Below, piece after piece: positions 51,201-57,700 of a stretch of 64,000 nt of DNA. Position numbers and translations under genes: made by a program. Source of the DNA: Aplysia californica (Eukaryota); the NCBI RefSeq assembly GCF_000002075.1, contig NW_004797434.1:513368-577367 (forward strand), read 5' to 3'. How positions within the stretch are numbered: the stretch's first letter is position 1; every line of letters begins with the position of its first letter. A model generated the notes under the pieces. That model was not told the origin of the DNA and searched no databases. It saw only the letters and a list, made by a program, of their open reading frames with translations.

Positions 51201-53955
51201 TTTGAGTAAACAGCCTTTCCCAATGGCTGACACGAAGCTCAAACTTTGGAGCCCACAACTTCACAATTGGTCACTTTTAAGCACAAGGGGGCTATCCCGA
51301 AAAATGCTGTTTTGAGAAAATTGCAGGTTAAGTTTTTGCCCCTTGTTCAGTTTCATTAAAAGACAAGGAGATTTTTCTCTATAACCAAACAAATATACAC
51401 ACCAATGAAACCAAACTTTTCCTATAGGTAGGGCAATGCTCATTTTTTGGTGTAGGTGAAGATTTCTGGAAACCCTCGAAATCTGGGTTAGCCCGTTTGT
51501 CCAATTATGAGTCCAGTGGCCTAACCCACGACTGCCCCCCGACAATACTTTTTTAGAAACTTAGCAAGACATAACCAACTGCCCAGGAATCTGTGAAGTA
51601 AAAAGTACTTCAGAACTGCTTGCAGAAGACATGGCTTCGATTCCCAAGTGGGGAGGCTTTTTTTTTTTTATAGTACCTCTGTTTATTTGCTGGGATGTTG
51701 CATCCTAGTCAGCATATGTTTTCCCTATATTGAGTTGAAAGAACACACAGAGCATGCTGATTGGACTTTAACTATCATGACTCTTATCATGCACACATAG
51801 GAGTCATAAAAAAATAAGTATTAATAAAAGGTAGCATTTGGCCTTTTTCAAATACTTTTTATTATATATATAAAGTTCCAAAGTTAAAGAATCTTTCAAC
51901 ACAAGATCAACACTATGAAAAATAAGCAGGCTCTAAGTCTAACCATTTCTCTCTGACAGCCTGATTTATGACAGGAGAATAAAAGATTGGAAGGAATTTT
52001 AGACAGAAACAGTGATAAGAACATGATTACCTTTTCTTTGTCAACATCATTCCAGACAAAAATAATAGCTCCGCCTTTCTCTTGATTGATAATCCGAGGA
52101 GTTATGACAAGAGACTCTGGTGGAGATAAAAGGAACCGTTGTTTTACATTGTAGAAAGTGATGCAAACACTGTCCAAAATGACTATCCATTGTTGAAGAT
52201 AAAAAAAGGTAATCTCACACAAGTGATTCTCTTGAACAGTGAAATTATAAAACGGATAAAAAGGAAGGAAGAAAGTGATTTGTGTTTGTTGGTACAGGTG
52301 GTTGTCTTGAACAGGTGGTTGTACAGCAGGTCCAACTGTATAAAATTGAGCCTGTGACAGAACCTGAGTAACTTCCCAAGTAGGTTGCCTCAAGTAATGC
52401 AAAAAAATGCTGAAAGTTATGTATGTGTACCTATTATAAAAGTGACAATATGTGACTGAAGTCAGGGGAACACTTTTCTTTTTCTTTTTATGTTTCGAAG
52501 GGGACAGAAAAATTAAAGCGCTGAACTGACTAAAAATCGTCTGTAAGAGCTATATTTTCTTTATCCGCTAACAGGAAGTCAACTCTATTTAATAAAAAAA
52601 CATGGATCGGCCGAGAATTTCGTGTCTGTTACATTACTGGATTGGAATTGATAGCGAGCCACTCGAGCCGTACTTTGCTGCTCTCGGTCCAGCAAGGCCA
52701 CGTCCACGAACCGCAAAATGCAGCTCGAGGGAGGAAAAGTGTTTATCTTGTCCTGAACCACTCAAACCACAGGTCTGAAAAAAAGAAATGAAGCAGGCTT
52801 TTTGTGCAACAGCAACATTGGAAAAGAAAGCCTTTTGATATCAGTATTTATCAGGCACCTCAGGAGGGATCTGAGGCCGAAGTGGTTCTGAGAAATAAGG
52901 CGACAAGACCCCTCTATTATTCTCTGGCCAGCCTTTACCCCCAGAACAAGTAGTTTTTCATACTCATGATCAGGAGCCTTAGACAAACATGTAGAACATC
53001 TATTTTGAATCTAAAATCAAAACGATGGGAATAGACACAAAAAGAGGTACAGTGCATTTTATGTGCGAAAATTATTAGACTCAATCATGTACAACAACAA
53101 TTTATAACACGTATTATTACTTTCATTTGTAGCACATTTTCAGACTCAATGTACAACAACAACACGTTAATTGAATAGACACTTCAAATATTGGTGCGAG
53201 CAGTTGTTGTTCATCAGCATCACTTTGTGGACCGGACGATCCAGACATCCACACCGAATACATCGAGAACATGTGGATGCGCGCTAAACGAAAATTGTAC
53301 AGACAGTTCGACACATATCCCCTGATCTCTTCCTATCCTATCTCCATGAATTTGTTTTTCGCAACAGGTTTTGTGACGAGGACATCTTTCTGTGATCTTG
53401 TAGTTCCGTTCGTTAAAGTCCACGATCCATTTGTTTACATACAGAGAAGAAACCCAGAAGTCTTGATGACCAAATACTGTTTGAAATAGGCTACACAAAG
53501 AGCAGGGATGTAACTCAACTGCAAAACATCAAATTAGAATAAAATTCAGGGGGGGGGGGGCATGCCCCCCTGGAACCCCCCCCCCCCCCCCCCCACCTCC
53601 ATATTTTTATTAGGTCAGGGGGGCAAGTCCCTCTGAAACCTCCTACTCTTGACTTTAACGAATGAAACTACAAAACCGCCCATCTTTCTTGTCATGCTAC
53701 GGACTTAGATCTCTAGATCATCCCCTATAAATATGCTACAAACGCAAGTATTAATGCGTTATTGTTGTAAATTGAATCTTATAATGTAAGCACCTAAAAT
53801 TCACTTTGACCAAAAAAGATGTAACTGACCAACTGTGTAAGTTTTCATTTTTAGAAATTTAAAGACCCACCTGAAATCCCACTGTGTTGACGGTAACTGT
53901 AGATGAATTGCGATAAAGATGACAAAAGATCGAATGTTGTGTGTAGTTCAAACAT
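11755..53955 (-). CDS. GSAP: Gamma-secretase-activating protein (GSAP/pigeon) orthologue, spliced gene span (~1000 aa)
   Basis: 29 exons with GT-AG boundaries and consistent phases, except one junction across the N gap. The translation follows my recollection of human GSAP in order: KFVWCQWDVEQQRLHYI vs DFVWAQWDMSEQRLYYI; YLVVMLPGYFVHLLNV vs YVAVYLPGHFFHLLNV; YPLPPGFSSFFTALG vs LPLPPGFHTLHTILG; ERWNHP vs QMWDHP; IEDTALYHT vs VEEAALKHT. Confidence 0.95.
13422..13532 (-). CDS. GSAP: GSAP penultimate exon (GRQSKESSGRHSTGSAQYSTPFTPLNTFMKHLDSLAA)
   Basis: tgtccag acceptor, gtgagt donor, 111 nt. FxPLNxF motif. Confidence 0.92.
16428..16675. mobile_element. ~245-bp piggyBac-like MITE family; other copies ~24972-25219 and 35659-35908 (inverted)
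   Basis: ttaa-ccctatccgtacg ... cgtacggat(a/g)ggg-ttaa. Three highly similar copies. Confidence 0.9.
16829..16870 (-). CDS. GSAP: Probable small GSAP exon (GQQPTPMAPPDSGQ); donor position uncertain
   Basis: GC-rich island after a tgttacag acceptor, phase 1 to 1 and frame-preserving. Three possible in-frame donors; no homology support. Confidence 0.5.
19453..19963 (-). mobile_element. Full-length tRNA-headed SINE with Nin/Deu-like central domain; older copy 48020-48520 (+)
   Basis: Head gggctctcgtggcctagaggttaagg...gggttcgaatcc and core gtgcacgttaaagatccc (the domain assignment is from memory). Shared hairpin tail, poly-A and TSD tctg(a/g)tagcct. Confidence 0.85.
21474..21564 (-). CDS. GSAP: GSAP exon (SFAEECFERWNHPITQQRKAREQVAQILLR)
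   Basis: tcacag acceptor, gtgagt donor, 91 nt. WxHP motif. Confidence 0.92.
22473..22540 (-). CDS. GSAP: GSAP exon (DLPDDADDEVPQIKFQVISRLQK)
   Basis: caccag acceptor, gtaatt donor, 68 nt. Confidence 0.92.
23362..23432 (-). CDS. GSAP: GSAP exon (LFFQYVDNHVLILTPDFILQMLD)
   Basis: gtttcag acceptor, gtaagt donor, 71 nt. Confidence 0.93.
23759..23807 (-). CDS. GSAP: GSAP exon (GFSSFFTALGFKCLEL)
   Basis: ccctcag acceptor, gtgagt donor, 49 nt. Confidence 0.92.
25249..25343 (-). CDS. GSAP: GSAP exon (QDPGTDEEYELFQLYERLYLTAGDMGYPLPP), GSAP-16-like C-terminal region
   Basis: ccgtcag acceptor, gtgagt donor, 95 nt. Start of the PLPPGF motif. Confidence 0.93.
26055..26146 (-). CDS. GSAP: GSAP exon (AKVSRQLCHLIWSLRGQNLSHQLEDTLLPN)
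   Basis: ctctcag acceptor, gtaagt donor, 92 nt. Confidence 0.9.
26173..26344 (-). mobile_element. ~175-bp short retroelement family A. Other copies ~4256-4432 (+), 4943-5143, 5881-6055, 17620-17760, 18598-18740, 21688-21855, 22566-22745, 24540-24630, 24760-24927, 30520-30585 (+), 30610-30680, 30920-31092, 32514-32690, 39826-39998, 55598-55778
   Basis: About 16 alignable copies. Several have TSDs (gacatttgt, cattgaaaaaa, ttagtaaggttta). Confidence 0.92.
27242..27337 (-). CDS. GSAP: GSAP exon (TEDHLTSHLSKFLRKESRSKAKNVAKEFLFCQ)
   Basis: aataag acceptor, gtaaga donor, 96 nt. DHLxxHL motif. Confidence 0.87.
27873..28106 (-). CDS. GSAP: GSAP exon (TVWDSRHVPDSFFDG...FKRRLSKM)
   Basis: ccccag acceptor, gtgagt donor, 234 nt open. 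Confidence 0.88.
28463..28687 (-). CDS. GSAP: GSAP exon (SPSGERLAHVSYS...EDFWDTLIRR...EEALGK)
   Basis: cttcag acceptor, gtaaga donor, 225 nt open. Confidence 0.9.
29102..29199 (-). CDS. GSAP: GSAP exon (ASTFAEMKRQVDREVLNLLSFTSIETLRGQYEK)
   Basis: gttcag acceptor, gtattc donor, 98 nt. Confidence 0.9.
29661..29945 (+). mobile_element. 5'-truncated I-group-like LINE 3' end (second family)
   Basis: HIPLNSYLKRI...DCPLGDCQEETVSHHLFTC (degenerate CCHC knuckle), aaagt-repeat tail, TSD tttcac(a/g)aggca. Confidence 0.8.
30050..30119 (-). CDS. GSAP: GSAP exon (VFEVLCENVTNAEINTMFTEYLV)
   Basis: atctag acceptor, gtgagt donor, 70 nt. Confidence 0.9.
30175..30232. repeat. (GT)n microsatellite
   Basis: Direct reading. 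Confidence 0.97.
30721..30878 (-). CDS. GSAP: GSAP exon (TQNLYDYRSGCLLKLVVN...TRLAILHYLILHCKDVLAIRK)
   Basis: ttgtacag acceptor, gtaagt donor, 158 nt. Resembles LDCCSGKLY...KMAALH. Confidence 0.93.
32172..32455 (-). CDS. GSAP: GSAP S/T/P-rich exon (FDKEERDVDSDRSQMSRS...FARESGAT)
   Basis: Open, GC-richer 284 nt. The gtgagt donor is in phase with the next exon. The acceptor (ttcccaaag) is less certain and needs phase 2 from upstream. Confidence 0.75.
32494..32870 (-). pseudogene. Dead duplicate of GSAP exon 29102-29199 plus flanking intron
   Basis: 32701-32775 is nearly identical to 29112-29186, and 32777-32870 resembles 29441-29530. It has a GAA>TAA stop, a GT>AT donor change, a deleted acceptor and an inserted repeat. 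Confidence 0.9.
33498..33590 (-). CDS. GSAP: GSAP exon 14 (GSYLVVMLPGYFVHLLNVGQAFEPCHHILLH)
   Basis: cttacag acceptor, gtaagt donor, 93 nt. Conserved LPGxFxHLLNV. Confidence 0.94.
33748..34012 (+). mobile_element. RTE-clade LINE ORF fragment (region after the reverse transcriptase)
   Basis: IEMRVQKA...KVINSIFIPNLTYQRQTGTLT...ITTCEMRRLR...RRDMIRNNRIRE resembles the RTE pattern PxLxYxxETWTL...EMxxLRxI...DxxxNxxIR. Confidence 0.8.
34883..35248. mobile_element. TTAA-flanked MITE-like element carrying a solo retroelement tail
   Basis: ttaa-ctcttt ... aaagag-ttaa. Confidence 0.55.
35258..35335 (-). CDS. GSAP: GSAP exon 13 (AKTLYGCVSSLPKHIVMQKRLVFSWL)
   Basis: actgcag acceptor, gtgagt donor, 78 nt. 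Confidence 0.9.
36862..36913 (-). CDS. GSAP: GSAP exon 12 (TPSEVQDVEYYVSMVHH)
   Basis: gtgcag acceptor, gtgagt donor, 52 nt. Confidence 0.88.
37764..37864 (-). CDS. GSAP: GSAP exon 11 (ELTLNVTVLTQSSGTFCLCYHKLISQPKSKASAQ)
   Basis: ttccag acceptor, gtaggg donor, 101 nt. Resembles LTLCVFTNHTGSLCVCY. Confidence 0.92.
38523..38563 (-). CDS. GSAP: GSAP exon 10 (PLYADIPLHPGIP)
   Basis: ccacag acceptor, gtacac donor, 41 nt. Needed to bridge phase 2 to phase 1. Confidence 0.82.
38967..39016 (-). CDS. GSAP: GSAP exon 9 (IDIPINFPFPYIRTKD)
   Basis: ctttcag acceptor, gtaagt donor, 50 nt. Confidence 0.87.
39603..39785 (-). CDS. GSAP: GSAP exon 8 (MMSSQPETIQVVRKFVWCQWDVEQQRLHYI...QYENM)
   Basis: cctccag acceptor, gtgagt donor, 183 nt. 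Carries the signature FVWxQWD motif. Confidence 0.93.
40735..40935 (-). mobile_element. Dispersed repeat (LINE-3'UTR-like); copy ~37005-37210 and related pair ~25515-25660, 39398-39535
   Basis: Alignable acacatcaataaaacaac...gaaaaagtaagacagac...ctccaa. Confidence 0.75.
41476..41525 (-). CDS. GSAP: GSAP exon 7 (SIGLYKVPMARIGDRGI)
   Basis: ttctcag acceptor, gtaagt donor, 50 nt; phases fit both neighbours. Confidence 0.88.
42146..42457. mobile_element. piggyBac-like MITE
   Basis: ttaa-ccctttaagcccttacctcctg ... caggaggtcagggctcaaagg inverted ends; the right TTAA has decayed. Confidence 0.65.
43046..43210 (-). CDS. GSAP: GSAP exon 6 (DVYQAYLAELQ...IKVQFLY...MLVFLHKE)
   Basis: ttcctcag acceptor, gtgagt donor, 165 nt. 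Contains the VQFLY motif. Confidence 0.93.
46293..46863. mobile_element. TA-flanked non-autonomous DNA transposon
   Basis: TIR tactgtaaaagagtatt / aatactcttttaaagta. Confidence 0.7.
47456..47713. mobile_element. MITE; second partial copy ~51268-51497 inside a SINE
   Basis: TIR atatggtcgcttttaag / cttaaaagcgactatat. The two copies align. Confidence 0.8.
48687..48737 (-). CDS. GSAP: GSAP exon 5 (AFSIVKPRESSSEKKHK)
   Basis: cccacag acceptor, gtaaat donor, 51 nt, phase 1 to 1. Confidence 0.85.
48991..49776. mobile_element. Tc1/mariner-pogo-like non-autonomous element; shorter relatives ~17768-17946, 20693-20870, 31670-31847, 34633-34865, 37390-37710, 52180-52339
   Basis: TA|cagtcaaacctg ... 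caggttcgactg|TA, with subterminal gtggccgtc repeats. Confidence 0.85.
50208..50277 (-). CDS. GSAP: GSAP exon 4 (VIYTYDKKVKVVSCSMNKEQTLL)
   Basis: ctttcag acceptor, gtatgt donor, 70 nt. Resembles LLYTFEKDLQVFSCSVNSERTLL. Confidence 0.93.
50734..50790 (-). CDS. GSAP: GSAP exon 3 (PASYVTNFGIYEPDTQKHM)
   Basis: tttttcag acceptor, gtgag donor, 57 nt. Resembles VVFGLYDCQTRQNE. Confidence 0.9.
52031..52116 (-). CDS. GSAP: GSAP exon 2 (ESLVITPRIINQEKGGAIIFVWNDVDKEK)
   Basis: ccaccag acceptor, gtaatc donor, 86 nt. Resembles HVLNVERNGNIIYTYKD. Confidence 0.9.
53200..53430 (+). mobile_element. Merlin (IS1595/ISXO2-like) transposase relic
   Basis: VVHQHHFVD-(frameshift)-DDPDIHTEYIENMWMRAKRKLYRQF matches the family motif VNH..FVDP....HT..IE..W...KR. 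Confidence 0.75.
53871..53955 (-). CDS. GSAP: GSAP coding exon 1 (MFELHTTFDLLSSLSQFIYSYRQHSGIS)
   Basis: ATG at 53955 and donor CAG|GTGGG. 85 nt, ends in phase 1. The FDL motif matches the human N-terminus. Confidence 0.8.
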
Positions 53956-54654
53956 TGTAACTGTCAACAGGTCTGGCCAAACTCTCCCTGTGACTTATTT
54001 ATGCACCGTTCGAGTTGCTTCTTCTTTTGCACTCCAAATTTTGTCACATAATTGAGACAGCACGTACAGTGCATGCACAATCGTTGGCTACACAGCAGTC
54101 GGCAATTGGTGGATCACATGCAGACAGCCTTCCGTGTTTTGATTTAGGAGGTTAAAGGTCATACACATCAGAAACTGAAGTCGGAAATCTTGCTTCCAGT
54201 GGCTAACCTTGCCTACAGTTTCAATTTTAGAGACATCTATTCGAAGCTGTGCACACTGGCTTAGTTGAATTTTCAATAGTACTCCTAAATTCTGGTTGCC
54301 TGTTATCAACACTAAAACAGTATTGTGAATTTGATTCTTTGATTCCTTCCTCAAGCAAGTTGCGCTTTCGACTTTCGACCGAATTCATAACATCCGGTAC
54401 TAACATGGCGGCTGTCATAAGCAAAAGGAAGCCTAGGGAACGCTCTTCGGAAAACAAATTTAACACTTGAAAAAAAATAATAATCAGCGTAAAACAAGAA
54501 CTAGAGTGTAAAAAGTAAGTATATCTACTCTTAACATATTTTCTTTTGGCCGACTTTATGACACTTCCACAGAAAGGTGGAGGAGTCTCTTTGTCTACAC
54601 ACAGGACAGTTTCAGTTAGCAGTAGAATAAGATTTGGATCATCGCTGACGGTGC
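53956..54654. promoter_or_regulatory. Candidate bidirectional promoter and 5' UTRs of GSAP and the HDAC gene
   Basis: Divergent ATGs about 700 bp apart. Locally CpG-richer. YY1-like AACATGGCGGC at 54402-54412. Confidence 0.7.
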
Positions 54655-54707
54655 ATGTCCATAGCTGCTCCCCCGCCTCAGGATCCACCTCAAAATCCAT
54701 CTGTTCA
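54655..54707 (+). CDS. HDAC6: HDAC6/10-like first coding exon ([17 protein letters not shown])
   Basis: ATG preceded by an in-frame TGA. Donor CA|GTAAGA in phase 2 matches the next exon. No homology support. Confidence 0.65.
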
Positions 54708-57700
54708 GTAAGAATCTGGTTGGAGATCCGTCGGGGAGAACCAGACAAGCTGATAGATGTTTATATTCCCCTTTGGCTCTCCTTACATGCCTTTCCCTCA
54801 CTCTCAATTTTTGGGAAGGACTTCAGGCAGTAAGTAACTACTGTAACAAGCGACGGCCCCAACAAACTTACAAACAACACTACAATAAAAAAAGAAGAGA
54901 CCAAGTACACTAACTTAACCCTAACCCTGCCCCTAACTTAAACCCTAACCCTAACCCTACCCCGAACATAAACTTAAACCTAAACCATAACCCAACCCTT
55001 ACCCATACCTCTACCCATACCCTTATATCCCTACCAATCTGTTCTACTCTGTCTCATAGTGGTCGCTTGTTACGGAAGTCCTCCCAATTATTGTATGGGA
55101 ATTGTGATTTTTCTTTTTCTAGATCTATAGCCCTTGTTCCTTTTTATCTACAAACTAAAACAAACTCATGAAACTGCATATCAATTTGATGTTCTTTCTT
55201 GTTGTGTGTATGCGTTAATGTTCATGTTCTGTAACACCAAGTGCTACCATTGTAAACGACCAAGAGATGAATCTCCCCCCCCCCTGCTCAGCGAATAATA
55301 AAAGATTGTCATTGTTTTAACTCTGCTTTAGTGAACACGTTAAGATTGACTTCTGACATTATCCACTATGATCAATAACACAATCACATCTTAGTATCTT
55401 AGTGAGACTGCATGGCAAATGATAAATTGTTATTTAATTCACAAAGTTACTGAATTATATAATTCTTTGACTGAATTGTGAATGATAATTTCTGTGGGCA
55501 GTGTTGATGTTTTATCTTTGTCGGGCAGTCTTGAGGTTAACATTGATATTGTTAACACTGTCTCAGGAAGAACCCTTAACACTGTATTATTTTGTTTCTT
55601 TTAGTAAGAGTTTAATGACACTTGCAGCACGGGTCAGATCATATAAGTAGTGCCAAAGGTTACAGGTGTTAACAAGCTAATAACAGGCACAAAAAAAAAG
55701 GAGAAATGAGATGACGAATGTTTGAGTTTGAGAGGAAGGAAGGAAGGAACAAACCACACCAGAGCACCCACCAACCAACGATATGTTAGTTTGTAAAGTA
55801 TTACTGAGTCGCTCTGTTTTCTCTGGTTCCACAGCTTCAGTACATAGAGTTTTCAGACTTGACAGCTGTTCAGCAAAGGCGCCAAAATGATGTTGCCACA
55901 GGAGGAAAGGTAACAATTTGAAATCTCTCTGATAGTTTTCAGAAAATAGTTCATGAACCTGTAAAACTGTTTTCAAAGAAGAAGATGATAATATTATAAC
56001 AGTATGTTTTAACCCTCTGCGTGGGCATCACGACCCGTGATGACACATACCTCCCTTCTGCGCGCATCGCGACCACTGGTCATGATCCGACATGAGTGTA
56101 GAAACTATACCGTTGACATGATAATAGCCATTTTTTAAACTGCTGGTGATTACAGTCCACCAGTGCAACGTTTATTAGTGCCGCTGGCCGCGCATTTCGC
56201 AGTCGGGGATCGGTTGGGAGTTTTTTATCGGCAATTCTCAGGGATATTGTTCACAGTTTTCAAAAAGTCGGATTCGTCAGCTGATTTAGACTCAGATTTA
56301 CCCAATATTTTTCTAGAATCAGACCACAATGATAAAGAGGTAGAAGGATTAGGTCCTCAAATAAAAGATTTAGATCTACGTGTGAATGATGGGGATATCG
56401 TGTTGTAGATCTAGATCTAGATCTAACGAGGTTAAGCCCAGAAGGGGACGTCGATATTCCTGCTGATCTCCAAGCAGGCTGGACTAAAAATGATGAGGAT
56501 TTTGATACCAACAACAACAACAACAACAACATCATTAAAAAAACACATCTGACCAGATATAAAGGTAGTTCATTGTTTAAGACACATTTTTCCTTCTTAC
56601 TGTAATTAGAAATTATGATAAATAAGAAAGATATATGAGCTTTTTTTATAGCCATGTTGAAAATTAGCATTTTTTAAAAATAAACCTAGCACTGAAAGGA
56701 AGTAATGGTAAAAAGGGCTTAGTGCTAAGAGGGTTAATTAGTGACCAACAAGTAGTTGAAGTAGCAATGCCAATTGAGCGAAATTTTGGTCCCCATTTGC
56801 AGGTGTATTTTTGGACAGGATCGGAGCTTAGGTGACTAACTTTCTCAAACTCGGTTGGCTCTATTTCTAGACCAATATGAATGAAACTTGGCAACCAATC
56901 AGAAAATAGGGCAAACTAATATGTGGACATTGAAAATTGTACACCTAAATTGACCTATATTTTCGGTGTTGGAAACACTTTCATATCAGATATTCCCTAA
57001 ACTATGATGGAGCTTGATTTTCAATGTCGAGAGGGTAAGAAATCTATCTTTCCACTACAGTGCCTTCAAATTTGAAAGTTCTTTGTCAAGCAGCTATTTA
57101 GAATTTATCATAAATGTACCACTACCCCCCCCCCCCCCCCCCCCCACCCCTGTCTAAAGCGGCTTCATATGGAGACCGGCCATTTGTTCCCGCACTCCCT
57201 CTGCAAATGTATGTGACCTACAAATCCTTGCATGATTTTTCCGAGCCCGTTCATTGGTCTCCTGAAATAAGGAAATGTCGGGCGTGGGCATCCGGTTGTT
57301 TTTCTCTCTGTTCCCCTGCAGTATAACATAATGGGGGTGATCGCGTCTCAACTGAAAAAAAGAAAGCTATTTAATTGTACGGCATGTAAGATTGAATTAA
57401 ATTACATTTTATGGTTGGCATGGGCTCAAGTCATCAAAGAAGGTTTGCCATTATTTAGTCACACTGCCAACATTTTCTTAAAGATTTCATGATGTGATAA
57501 TAAAATGCTCTGATCCCAGCACCCCTCTTTCTCAAAATCGAAATACGTACACAAAATTTTTAATTATAACAAAATTACAAGAAAATTATTAGTAAATCTG
57601 ACTACATAAATGGTTTCTCCACCCAAAAACACATTGAGTAGCCAAGATTCATTTCCACATTGAAGGAAAATTATATTACATTCCTAAATTTAAAACTCAA

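Noticed and set aside
54227-54833. 173-aa (-) and 95-aa (+) ORFs over the promoter region
   Set aside because: No homology. They overlap the HDAC first exon in other frames, and the 95-aa frame has the wrong phase at the donor.
54915-55035. True telomere or chromosome-fusion scar
   Set aside because: Short, degenerate and enclosed by TIRs and a TSD inside an intron.
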